Assembly: GCF_018350175.1 (NCBI RefSeq)
Contig: NC_058368.1
Location: 136,278,001-136,342,000, forward strand
Length of the DNA stretch: 64,000 nucleotides
DNA from: Felis catus
Lineage: Eukaryota
Direction of reading: 5' to 3'
The number at the start of each line of letters is the position of its first letter. Within the stretch, counting starts at the first letter, position 1. A program made the position numbers and the translations under genes. A model generated the notes under the pieces. It saw only the letters and a list, made by a program, of their open reading frames with translations. It was not told the origin of the DNA and searched no databases. Below, in pieces: positions 13,020 through 24,559 of the stretch.

Positions 13020-13137
13020 GCTGTGGGATGATGGGATTATTGATCCCGTGGACACCAGACTGGTCCTGGGTCTCAGTATTAGTGCAGCCCTCAATGCACC
13101 AATCCAGAAGACTGACTTCAGCATCTTGAGGATGTAA
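13020..13137 (+). CDS. MCCC2: MCCC2 terminal coding exon 17, (R)[38 protein letters not shown]
   Basis: Acceptor ttttatcag|G; WDDGIIDP motif; TAA at 13135-13137. Confidence 0.97.
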
Positions 13138-13949
13138 CTGGAGTGTGAAGCATCTTCCATTGGATATGTACCAAAATTGACATACCAGTAGCCTTAAAAT
13201 TTTAGACGTTTCCCACATGTGGCTATTATGGTAAAATTGTTTTCTTAACACAGTGCATCGTACTTTTCTACATTAAACAGAAATCAGTGAAGGTATTTAT
13301 TTGATAAACTTCAATTCCTTGTCTATTTTCTTTGAGAATCTTTTCTGTGGCTCAGCTTTACCACCCATAAACTGAAGAGAATAACTTAAGTTATCCTTTC
13401 TAACCCACAAGTAGCATGAAAGTCCCATAACCTATACACTGCAGGTATGTTTGAGATTATTAACAGAAAGTCATTTTTCCTCTGAAATGATTGTTTTGCT
13501 GATTACACATGATGATATTTTAACACACACAATTTTTTAAAAGCATCAATTACTCATCTTTGTAGCCACTACTCCTTCCCTTAATAGTCACACTTGTCTG
13601 CATTTGGGGCTCTCTTTTCTACCCATTCTCTCTCCATCCTTCTCCTCATTGCCTTCCCCTGCCAGTACCCTCTCCAAAGTTTACCTCCATGTTGCTGAAA
13701 CCAGTGGGTTCTTTTCTGACTTTATCCGACTGAATTCTCTGAAGCATTCAGTGCAGTTGAACACTTCTTTCCCGCAGTGCTGGCCTTAGCTTCTAGATCG
13801 AAACTTTAGATTTTCTGCCAACCTCTTTGGCCCTTCTTGTTCTGTCTCCCTTGCCCTGCCCCTGTTCCTCTAGTGATTTCTCTCCTACTCCCTTTACTAT
13901 TTGTCCTGATTTTTCATTAGCAAAACATGAAAGTATCCCCTTGTTCTTT

Positions 13950-14150
13950 TTTAAAAAATTGTGGTGAAATACACAGAACATAAAATGTATCGTTTTAACC
14001 ACTTTTAGGTGTACAGTTCTGTGGCCTTAAGTCCATTCACATGGTTGTGCTACCATCACCACCATCCATCCATCTCCAGAACCTTTCATCATTCCAGACA
14101 GAACTCTGTTATTAAATAGTAACTCCCCATGCCCTCGCTCCCCTCCTCTG
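13950..14150 (-). mobile_element. Old L1 (L1MB-like) 3' end fragment within the 3' UTR
   Basis: ttgtggtgaaatacaca..tttaaccacttttaggtgtacagttctgtggc motif. Confidence 0.75.
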
Positions 14151-14167
14151 GCACTCTGCTCATTCTT

Positions 14168-14393
14168 TTTTTTTTTTTTTTAGTTTTTTTTAGTTTTTTA
14201 ATGTTTTTATTTATTTTTGAGAGATAGCGCTCGAGTAGGGGAGGGGCAGAGAGAGAGGGAGACAGAATCCGAAGCAGGCTCCAGACTCTGAGCTGTCAGC
14301 ACAGAGCCTGAAGTGGGGCTCGAACTCACGAGCTGTGAGATCATGACCTGAGCCGAAGTCGGACGCTCAACCAACTGAGCCACCCAGGCCCCC
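14168..14393 (-). mobile_element. Carnivore SINE within the MCCC2 3' UTR
   Basis: TSD ctgctcattctt at 14156-14167 and 14394-14405. Confidence 0.94.
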
Positions 14394-14449
14394 CTGCTCA
14401 TTCTTGAATGTGTATGTTACTCATGGTTAGGTTTATTCTCTCTTGGTCA

Positions 14450-15213
14450 TATCAGCCCTTCTTATGGCTTCAGAAGCCATCTAAATGCAGATAATTCCTG
14501 TGTCAACATTGTTCTCCTTGAGCTCTAGACCTGTGTATCTTAGGGATCTACTGGATGTCTGCACTGGTGGTCTTTTAGGAACCTCAGATTCAGGCATCAG
14601 GGTCAATTGATTTTGCCTCCTCACTATCTCTTAAATTCCCCATTATCTTTGTCTTTCACTTCCAAAGGCCTTAGAAGTGGTCTACCTGCTTCTAGTCTTA
14701 GCTAGTCTTGCGTCTGCATCCCTGTGAGGTAGGATGACCATTCTAAGTGCACACCTGGTCATGCTGCTCCCTTGCTTCAGTGTCTCACAGGTTCCCTGTA
14801 GAAGTACTAGACCCCTCATGCCCTCCATGATCGTGACCATCACATCCCCTCTTCTGTCTCATCTCCTTGACTCTTTCCCACACACGGTGCTCCATCTGTT
14901 CTAGACTTCTAGCTCCTCGAACCTACACAGTCCTTCCCACTTTAGGGTCCACCACCTAATGTTCCCTCTGCCTGTACTTTCTCTGAAGCACTTACCTTTT
15001 GTCTCCGTGACTTCTCTGGGCTGGGTTAGACACTATCTGCTCTTGAAAAGCACCAACCATTTTCTCTGTCTTAGGTATTTATGAGAAACGTAAATATTTC
15101 TTTAATATTTCCTTCCTGCTAGACTGTAAGCTCCCTGAGAGCAAGGATCTCCTGTTTAGCCTGCATCTCCATTCCCTAGCACTTGGAGATGCTCACATAT
15201 TTATTGAATGGTT
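14450..15213 (+). mobile_element. Degraded L2 LINE 3' portion
   Basis: L2 terminus motif ctagactgtaagctccctgagagcaagga...cctagcac...atatttattgaatg. Confidence 0.65.
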
Positions 15214-15425
15214 GAAAAATCCAAATTTTAATTGATGTCCTCAGGCCACATTAAAATTAATGATTAAATGATATAATATAACTATCAAATGGTTTCCTAA
15301 TAAAATTAATATTTCAGACATTGTGCGTGATGTTCATTTTAGGCAGCATTTGTGTATCAGAAGTCAATTTAATTTTTTGAGATGTGTACAGATAAATGTG
15401 TAAAGATAAGTGTTGGACTTACTTA

Positions 15426-15431
15426 AATAAA
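15426..15431 (+). terminator. Candidate distal polyadenylation signal AATAAA of MCCC2
   Basis: Canonical hexamer in AT-rich non-repeat sequence ~2.3 kb after the stop; another lies at 15299-15304. Confidence 0.5.
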
Positions 15432-15472
15432 TTTGCACTTTAAATAAGTAAAGATAAGTAGGTTGCATTTTT

Positions 15473-15691
15473 GGGGCACCGGGTGGCTCAGTCAGTTGAG
15501 TGTCCGACTTCGCTCAGGTCATGATCTCTTAGTTCATGAGTTCGAGCCCCACATCGGGCTCTGTGCTAACAGCTCAGAGCCTAGAGCCTGCCTCCAATTC
15601 TGTGTCTCCCTCTCTCTCTGCTCCTCCCCCACTCATGCTTTGTCTCTTTCTCACTCTCAAAAACAAATAAACATTAAAAGAATAAAAAAGG
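15473..15691 (+). mobile_element. Carnivore SINE just downstream of the poly(A) signal
   Basis: 16-bp TSD aagtaggttgcatttt at 15456-15471 and 15692-15707. Confidence 0.95.
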
Positions 15692-15715
15692 AAGTAGGTT
15701 GCATTTTCAGAAGGA

Positions 15716-16096
15716 TGTTGGAGGAGGTCCCTGAGAGGATGTGACTGACTGCTGGTTCACCTGCTAACCAGACCCGGCAGCGGGAGGCTCCACAACCCCT
15801 CCCCTTTCCTTGGAACATTCGTCCCCGCGTACTGTTCCTGTAGTGGCCGTCCTTTCAAGAACACAGCCTTGAGAGACAGGTGTTGTTGAGAGCATCTGAA
15901 CCCAATTAAGGCCTCTTTATAAACAAGGCTTCTTTACAACGTCTCCGCACGTTGGTGTGGAGACGCCCTGGTATTGTGACGGGTGCTGACCACCCCCAGA
16001 GCACATCCCCTCACCTACCAACGTGGCTTGGCCCACTTCTCTCATCCCTCGGCCTCCCTCTTCTGGGGCTGGTTTTTGAACCAAGAAAGAAACACG
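15716..16096 (+). mobile_element. Possible ERV solo LTR remnant
   Basis: GC-richer island in AT-rich context with TATAAA at 15918 and LTR-like composition; family not identified. Confidence 0.4.
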
Positions 16097-17329
16097 GTAA
16101 GTATTTTAAAATAGTGAATTATATTTTCAGTTAAAAGTTATGTTCGTGTCAGAAGACAACAAAGTTTTTCTTAATCAAGAATAGGTAATGTTTCTTTGCT
16201 AGGAACCATCAACAAGTCAAAGATTGATGGTCTTTTTAGGAGTGTTTTGGCCTCTCAAAAAAATCACAGTCATCACTCACACCGCGCTTAAGATAATTAA
16301 AATATATTGCATAGTTTATCCAGTAAAAATAACAGTTTTACCAAAACAAGCAGCAGTTTTTGTCTGCCCCTTCCCAGCTTTACAGAGACGCAGTTGACAT
16401 ATAACATGTAAGTTTAAGGTGTACAACATGATGATTTAATACATGTGAATTGTGAAATGATTACCACAGTGTGATTACTTCTTAACACGTTTGCCTCACA
16501 TAACTTTTTTTGTAGGGAGAATGTTTTTCTACATTTCAGTTATTATAAATAAGAGCAACTAGGGTAACATGAATAATTTAGAATTTTAAGAAATATACAG
16601 CTAATTAATCTCTAAATTAGCCCTCTGTGTACTTAAAGAATAAAAGAGACAAAAGTATTTTTCAGTTTTCAAGGAAAAATTGAAATTAGAATTTGTCAAG
16701 CTTTTTTTTACACTGCCAGAAGGCATTGTTGAATGTGCTAGTGAAAAAAATGTATCTTTTTGGGGAGAGGTCACATAGTCCTTGTTAATTCTGAAATGTG
16801 TTCGTTGGTGTTCTGGAAGGATGATTGTTTACTGTTCTGGCCAAAGCCAGTTCTTACAAATCCTTTAATTATTGGTTCTGAAATTCAGTATTTAGAAAAA
16901 CAGCAGGAACATGATAATCATGGCCTCTGGGTATTTCTAACAGTTCTCTATAAATGTTAGAAATTAAATACAATCACTAATAATGATGGTTTTTATTGTT
17001 TTGACAAAAAGTCGACCACAAAACACTGAAAATAATTTTTTTATATTTAATGTGCCTCAAACTCTCTTGCATCTGAAATCAGAATGTTAAGGATCAAGTT
17101 GCTTTTGGAGCTAAATGAAAATTCTCTCCACTTTTGACCTGTCTAGGCAAATGTACATTCCAAGTGATGTTTGCAATCAAGCTAATTGATAATCCACTCT
17201 GGGACGCTTGAGAGGAAACAGGCCCAGATACTAATCATCACACTGACATATAGGTGTGAGCAGATGGGGGACCTGTGGTTGCTCTCTCTGTAGTTCATTA
17301 TCATGGAATGAGTACTGATGCTACCTGTC

Positions 17330-17752
17330 AGGTTTGGTACTTCTTACAAGCCACTGTTCCAGATACCCACTGTGTAACTTTTTGGTGGCTGAAAACAATA
17401 CAAGTTCATTCTGTTAGAGTTGCAGGGGTCAGAAGTTTAAAATCTAGGGGGCGCCTGAGTGACTCAGTCGGTTTAGTGTCTGACTTCGGCTCAGGTCATG
17501 ATCTCAGAGCTGTGGGTTTGAGCCCGGCGTCGGCCTCTGTGCTGACAGCTCAGAACCTGGATCCTGACTCAGATTCTGTCTTCCTCTCCCTCTGCCCCTC
17601 CCCCGCTCTCTCTCTCTGTCTCTCAAAAATAAATAAACGTTAAAAAAAAAAAAAAGGTTAAAATCCAGGTGGACACAGGGCTGCATTTCACTCTGCAGGC
17701 TTTGAGGGGAAAATCCGTTCCCTTGCCTTTTTCAGCTTCTAAAGTCTGCCTG
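17330..17752. mobile_element. MaLR (MLT1-like) LTR fragment interrupted by a SINE
   Basis: ggtggctgaaaacaatacaagttcattc..ggtcagaagtttaaaatc..aatccgttcccttgcctttttcagcttcta motifs. Confidence 0.7.
17447..17655 (+). mobile_element. Carnivore SINE nested in the MLT1 fragment
   Basis: SINE head and tail; TSD aagtttaaaatc / aaggttaaaatc. Confidence 0.92.
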
Positions 17753-17765
17753 CCTGCTTTGTAAA

Positions 17766-17994
17766 CTTTTATTTATTTATTTAAAATAACTTTAATTTTT
17801 CTAATGTTTATATATGTGAGAGACAGTGAGTGGAGGAGGGGCAGATAGAGAGGGAGACCCAGAATCCGAATCAGTCTCCAGGCTCGCTCTGAGCTGCCAG
17901 CACAAGAGTCCAACATGGGGCTCAAACTCACAAACTGTGAGATCATGACCTGAGCCAAAGTTGGACCCTTAACTGACTGAGCCACCCAGGCACT
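17766..17994 (-). mobile_element. Carnivore SINE
   Basis: SINE body flanked by cctgctttgtaa. Confidence 0.92.
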
Positions 17995-18008
17995 CCTGCT
18001 TTGTAACG

Positions 18009-18195
18009 TTTTTATTTTTATTTTTTTAACGTTCACTTATCTTTGGGAGAGAGAGAGAGGGAGACACAGAATCTGAAGCAGGCTCCAGTCTCCAAGCTGT
18101 CAGCACAGAGCCCGATGTGGGACTTGAACTCAGAAACCGTGAGGTCATGACCTGAGCTGAAGTCAGATGTTTAACCAACTGAGCCACCCAGGTGC
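18009..18195 (-). mobile_element. Carnivore SINE
   Basis: SINE body flanked by cctgctttgtaac. Confidence 0.92.
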
Positions 18196-20325
18196 CCTGC
18201 TTTGTAACCTCAATACAGACTTCAGTATGATATCAAACACCTCTGTGTTAGCATTCTAGAGAGGCATTTAATTGACTCAAGAGGAGAGTTGACCACAAGG
18301 CAGGGGCAGTTTTGCTTTCTGTAGCACCCAGCATTTCAATGTGTCTGGTGGCTTTTTCTTTCACAAAAGTGACCCAAATCACAGGTTTGCGGTACTCCTT
18401 ATGTTAAGGAAGAGAAGTGTCTGAGGGAGAACAGAGTCTTAGAAGATCGTGATTTAACAGAGAACTGACTGAAGAGAAAACGATCAGAACTACTTGTTAG
18501 AAGTAAGCTGTAGAGATTTAATGTGTAATTTAGCAAGTGTTGATTGTACTAAGTGAACAGGTAACAGTTTTGGAATAGTTAGGCTAATATCAAGAAGTTT
18601 CTGTAGGAAACGTATTTTACATTTTTTGATAGCTCTATCGTACTCTTATGTTGTAGGATAATTGAAAATAACATTTGTTTTAAAATTATTTGTAATTTAA
18701 AATCCAGTACCGTTTTTTGTAGAAAATTTAGGGACAGTAAGGAAAGTGAAAATTCTCTAATTTCACCACTCAGAGATAGCTGCTGTTATTACTGATTTCT
18801 TGTAGACTGTACTATTCTCTTTTTTTCTATCTGTGGGAATTTCTTTTCACAAAAAAAGTTATTCTGTAATCTCCATTTTCTCTGAATGCAATATACATGT
18901 ATTGACATGTTTCCATGTTGTGTAATATTTCACCTACAGTACTTGTGATGTTGCCTGATACGACATTGTATGGACACCTATTTAATTTAACCACTCCCCT
19001 ATGGTTGGATACTTAGGTTGTTTCTGGTTTCTCACTATTATAGCTAATGCTGCAGTAAATATCCTACAGTTTCTTTACATAACCGTGATTAGTATAAATT
19101 CTTAGAAGTGAAGTTGTTGAATCCAGGTGTCTGTGGACCTATTGCTGAATTCTGTTCTATAAACGTGTATTTATGGTGCAAGGATTGCTGGGCACGGTAA
19201 TGACTCTGGTGCTTTCAGATGCTGAAGTAACCTCCGGTAGAATTTAATTGTTTAGGAAACTAGTGTTTTCATTAATTTTTAAAAGTTGTGTCTAGGTAAC
19301 GCTGTGACATTAGTAACAAGTTGTGAAGACTTAGCATAAATGCACGGGTGGTGTCATTGTTGTGGAAGGACTGGGAAAAGATGGGAGAAGGCCCCTTGAG
19401 TCCTAGTCGCGCTACAGAAGAATTATGTGAACTTGAGGACGATGGGAGGGGACCAGACTCAGTCTCTCTGATCCCGCAGTTGTTTTCCTTCTCTCTCCAG
19501 TTGCTCAAGCTTTCTCTCTGCTTCCCTAGATCCCCTTTACTTCTCCTAGTATTGGGGTAAGTGGGCTGGGAGGGGTGAGGACTGGAGGCAGGGGAAGATC
19601 TTAGAAGGAGGGGATTTAAGAGAGAATTTAAAGAGAAAACGCGAGCAGATCTACTTGTTAGAAGTAAGCTGGAGGAAAAGAAAAAGGGGGTGTGCTAAGA
19701 ACTTTTTTTTAATTGCTATTATCCTGCACTAAGTGTGCGCCAGCTGACTTGGTGAGAGTGAGGTGGAGATCACCTGCCAGGAGGATGCATTCTTCAGCTT
19801 TGTCAGTTTATTTTATTCAAATGAACAAACATTCCCTGAAGGCTTGCTGTGTGTCTGGCTTTGGGATAGAATACAAAGTAAACACAGCGGTTAACAGAAA
19901 TAAGTGTCTAAGTGCATACACGTACACAAGTAAGTACAGCATGGCCCCTTCCTTGTGTAGCCATAGGTCAGTGACTTGGGAGGGTATTTTCACCTGCTCA
20001 GTCCCCCTCCGTTGTCTTTTAGTAACTGCACTGTTATATCCCTTTGGGAACTACCCCTCTCCTATGCTGTCTTGGCAAGTGTCAAGCAAAGAGCCCTGGT
20101 CTCTAGCCGAGAGCCGGACACTTCACTGAGGCCTGGCCAAGCTGACTTAAGCCATTGGATTCTTGAGCAGAGGGAGGAACATGGAAGACAACCAGCCCTG
20201 AGTTGTTCCAGTGGCTTGTCAGACAGAGGCTGTTCGTTCGTTCTTGCTCTGTATCACTGGCACCACTCTGGTTACTAATACTCTGGGTGTGAAGTATCCT
20301 GGCATCCTGTTTTCTTGCAGCAATT

Positions 20326-20401
20326 TCTTTTATTTTTTTTGTAATGTTTGTTTATTTTTGAGAGAGAGAGAGAGAGAGCGCGTGCGCCCAAGCAGGGGAG
20401 G

Positions 20402-20444
<43 letters not shown>

Positions 20445-20580
20445 GCAGAATCCCAAGCAGGCTCAAGGCTCTGAGCTGTCAGTGCAGAGCCCAACATGCG
20501 GCTCAAACCCATGAAGTGCAAGATCATAACCTAAGCCAAAGTTGGACACCATGCTCAACCGACTGAGCCCCCCAGGCCAC
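20326..20580 (-). mobile_element. Carnivore SINE with expanded (GA)n
   Basis: SINE motifs; (GA)n at 20406-20440. Confidence 0.92.
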
Positions 20581-20746
20581 CCCCCACCCCCAGCAATCTT
20601 TTTAAAAAAACTTGTCAGAGTCAGCTCCAGTGCTGTAGCAGCAAATACTAACCGGTAGCATGTCCTGCAAGACAAAGGTTAAAATAAGTTCCTGTTTTCA
20701 ACTTTGATGAAAGCTTTACTGCCTACATTTTAAAGAAGACTTTTCA

Positions 20747-21030
20747 GGGGTGCTTTTTGGATGGCTCAGTCAGTTGAGCGACTAACTTCAGCTCAGGTCA
20801 TGATTGATCACATGGTTCATGAGTTTGAGCCCTGCATTGGGCTCTGGGCTGACAGCTCAGAGACTGGACCCTGCTTCGGATTCTGTGTCTCCCTCAGTCT
20901 CTGCCCTTCCCTCACTGGTGCGTGTGCACCGCCCCCCCCCCCCCCCCCCCCCGCCCCTGCCACACACACTCTCTCTCTCAAAAATAAACATTTAAAAAAA
21001 TTGTAAACGTTGAAAAAACTTTTTTTTAAA
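20747..21030 (+). mobile_element. Carnivore SINE containing a C21 homopolymer
   Basis: TSD taaagaagacttttcag at ~20731 and ~21032; poly-C at 20932-20952. Confidence 0.92.
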
Positions 21031-21755
21031 AATAAAGAAGACTTTTCAGAAATGAACCCAGTGGGATGTTGAAAGTAAGCAGTGCATCCACAGGAAGGAT
21101 GTGCCTTCTCACTGCAATGAGTATGGATCAAGCATTAAAATTGCTACAAGGGAAACTCAATTTATTGCAACCTTGTGATCACTAAAATGTGTCACTGAGC
21201 AAGATTTTAGGTTACTTTTAATCGAAATCTAAAAAATCTGACCGTCTTCCATTGGAGATCATTTAAAAACAGCCATTCCAAGAGCCTGGAAGGCTTTTTA
21301 GGTACCTGTTGGGTAGCCTTTTTCTCATAGGAATGCTAAACACATTGTCTATAATCTCTTTTGAAGTGTTAACAGGTTGCTATTATTATGTGGGTGGTGG
21401 CAAGTACTTAGGAGGTTCATGTTTTTATTTTGGAGCTATTGGTATTTTCATTTTGTCTTAATTTTGATGTGGCCTTTCTTCCAACCTTCTGTATCCACCA
21501 TGAGGGACCTAGGAAAGACAACCAGAGGATCAAGTGCCTAGTCCAGAGCACTGCAAAGTGTTCGAACTGGGTCATAATTTAAATCCATAGTAGAATGTAT
21601 TCAGCATTCCCAGTAAGAGAACTAGAATTGCTTACTGGACATAGAGCTCAACTTGGAATCAAGGGATTTGGGGTCTTCTTCAGAGGGTAGTACTAACTAC
21701 TTGTCTAATCTTGGACTGGTCTTTCCTTGTCTCTTAAATTTCCTTGTCTCTTAAA

Positions 21756-21861
21756 TCTGAGCTGTCAGCACAGAGCCTGACACGGGGCTCGAATGCACAA
21801 ACTGTGAGAGCATGACCTGAGCTGAGGTCAGGTACTTAACCGACTGAACCAACCAGGTGCC
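21756..21861 (-). mobile_element. Tail-less half SINE
   Basis: Only the tRNA-derived head remains, between copies of tttccttgtctcttaa. Confidence 0.88.
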
Positions 21862-22079
21862 TCTTTCCTTGTCTCTTAATACAGGATGGGACTTGATTAG
21901 TTTCACATTAGAATCAACTGGAGAGATTTTTAAAAATGCTTAAATCAGGGGTTCTTGGGTAGGATTCTAAGATCGATCTGCTTTGGTGATACTATCACCC
22001 TTGTATATTTTTGGTTAGGTCGTTGTATATTTCTCTTTCTCCCTCATTTTCAGCGTGGGATGAATTGTTCTAACTTCTT

Positions 22080-22450
22080 GAATCCTGATTCATGGTCCAG
22101 ACTGAACATTAGAATCACCTGAGGAACTTTGCTTACAAAAAATCCTGACCCCCTCCCCAGACTCCAGATAAGTAAATCACACTCTTTCAGGTTATCTTTT
22201 TAAAGCATATTTATTATTTTTTGAGAGTGAGAGAGAGTGCACAAGTAGGGGAGGGGCAGAGAGAGAGGATCCCAAGCAGGCTCCAGGCTTTGAGCACGGA
22301 TCATGACCTGAGCCAAAATCAAGAGTCGGACACCCAACTGACGGAGCCACCCAGGTGCCCCAAGACTCTTTCAGGTTAGGATGCAGGCATCAATAATTTT
22401 TAAAGCTCCCTTAAATGATTCCAGCGTGCATTTAAAGCTGAGAGTCACTT
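22080..22450. mobile_element. MER5-like hAT MITE interrupted by a SINE (22198-22361, - strand)
   Basis: acattagaatcacctgaggaac..taaagctccc..atgattcca motifs; SINE TSD actctttcaggtta. Confidence 0.7.
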
Positions 22451-22554
22451 CATAGGGTGAGGCTACCTCAGAGGATTTCAAAATGGAGCAACTAGCTATT
22501 CATTTCAAGACCTTTGCATGCATTTAAAATCTTAAGTTTTAGGTTGCATAAACA

Positions 22555-22773
22555 TTTTTTTAAAATTTTTTTTAACGTTTATTTATTTTTGGGACAGAGA
22601 GAGACAGAGCATGAACGGGGGAGGGTCAGAGAGAGGGAGACACAGAATCTGAAGCAGGCTCCAGGCTCTGAGCTGTCAGCACAGAGCCTGACGCGGGGCT
22701 CGAACTCACGGACCGTGAGATCATGACCTGAGCTGAGGCTGGCCACTTAACCGACTGAGCCACCCAGGCGCCC
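22555..22773 (-). mobile_element. Feline SINE
   Basis: TSD tgcataaacatttttt at ~22545 and ~22775. Confidence 0.94.
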
Positions 22774-23189
22774 CTGCATAAACATTTTTTGAAGGTACAG
22801 TTCACAGCCAAGATAAAGGTGTGCCTTATTTCGATTTCTGCTTGTACCTCATTTTAGGCTAAGTGCTGATAGTGCTTAAATAGAAGTTTCTGAGATTTAT
22901 CCAAAGTGATGGAAAGAAAGAAAATCAGAGCCAAAACAAAACAAGCAGAAGCAGAAGCATTTTTACATAATGGAGCTAACAGCAGCTGACATTTTGCTTC
23001 CACAGAATTGTTTTCTGAATCATCTCTTTATGCCTTGGTGCCTCTGTTGTAACTTCTCAGCGGATTAAACAGAGCGTTGAAGTCTCTGAGGACCTCTGTC
23101 AGTTCCTCACTCTCAACCAAGCTTAACCAGATAAAAAGGAGAATAATTATCAACATGGATGGTTGATAACTTGAGATTACATTTAAGAC

Positions 23190-23735
23190 ATTTTTGTTAT
23201 TATGGCAAAATATATATAACCTAGAAATTTCCATTTTAACCATTCTTTTTTTTTTTAAACATTTTATTTATTTTTTTGAGAGAGAGCCTGAGCAGGGGAG
23301 GGGCAGAGAGAGTGGGGGACAGAGGATCTGACACGGGCTCTGTGCTGACAGCAGAGACAGATGTGGGGCTCGAACTCACGAACTGCGAGATCATGACCTG
23401 AGCTGAAGTCGGACGCTTAACCGACTGAACCACCCAGGTGCCCTTCCACTTTAACCATTCTTGATGTATACAGTTCAGTGGCATTAAGTATACTGCTGTG
23501 CAGTTACCACCACCACCCAGCTCTAGAACTTTTTCATCCTCCCAAACTGAAACTTTGTGCCCATTAAACACTAACTCCCCATTCTTCTCTTTCCCCAGTC
23601 CCTGGCAACCCTATTCTCCTTTCTGTCTCTATGAATTTGTCTATTCTAGGTATCTTCTATAAAGTGGAATCAGAAAATATTTACCCATTTGTGTCTGGCT
23701 TATTTCACTTAGCGTCTTCAAGGTTCATCCAGAGA
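23190..23735 (-). mobile_element. Old L1 3' end with nested SINE (23248-23443, - strand)
   Basis: tacagttcagtggcattaagta..ctgtctctatgaatttg..tggcttatttcacttagc; SINE TSD ttcca(t/c)tttaaccattctt. Confidence 0.85.
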
Positions 23736-23993
23736 TTATTTTCGATGGACTATATCCACATCACAATTGAGTTAGGTCCATAAAGGCGTCAGTCCTGTTT
23801 TACTTGGACGTGCAGGTGTTGGAGGACGTTCCTATCTCCCTGGGGCCCTCAGACTTTCATGTGGTTCAGCTGAAGTGGTTTGCATTTGGTCCTTTTCTCA
23901 ACAACGGCAACCTCCTAGTTGCTCAGTCTGGAAACTCGGGTGTCATTGTGCCTCTTACCTCTTCCTTACCTCGATAATCCATTGCCCAGTACA

Positions 23994-24184
23994 TTTTATT
24001 GTTTGTTTTTTGAGAGAGAGTGCGAGCTTGAGTGGGGGAGGGGCAGAGAGAGGGGGACTGAGGATCCGAAGCGGGCTCCTTGCTGACAGCAGCGAGCCCA
24101 ATGCCTGGCTCAAACCCACGAACCATGAGATAATGAACTGAGCCGAAATGAGTTGCTCAACCGACTGAGCCACCCAGGTGCCCC
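23994..24184 (-). mobile_element. Carnivore SINE
   Basis: SINE body; TSD attttattgttt. Confidence 0.92.
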
Positions 24185-24559
24185 TAAATTTTATTGTTTA
24201 TACCTCTCAAAGACCTCCTGAATCCTCCTTTTTTATCACGCAACTGGCTTCAAGTCAGCTCTCCGTCTGTTCTTCTTGGGGATAAGTGTTAGAGCCTCTT
24301 AGCTGGTATCCCTGGTTATCACTGCCATCAGTCATAATTTTATTCATTCATTCAACAAGTATTAAATTACATGAACACTTCTTGTCAGGCATTGAGCTGA
24401 CCTCTTAAGTTACAGTCTTGGGCATAGCCATTTGGGCCGTTTATCTCCCAAGATATGTCTGCTTGATTTTACCCAAGCATGTCTGTTTCTAGAGTCCAAC
24501 CTTTCCCAGTCCACTCAGTGCCTTCCAATAAAGGATTGAATAAAGATTCAAAACTTTTT

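Larger units (their letters stand above)
13138..15450 (+). other. MCCC2: Probable MCCC2 3' UTR (3' end approximate)
   Basis: Follows the stop codon; candidate poly(A) signals ATTAAA 13272, AATAAA 15299 and AATAAA 15426; contains L2, L1 and SINE fragments. Confidence 0.6.
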
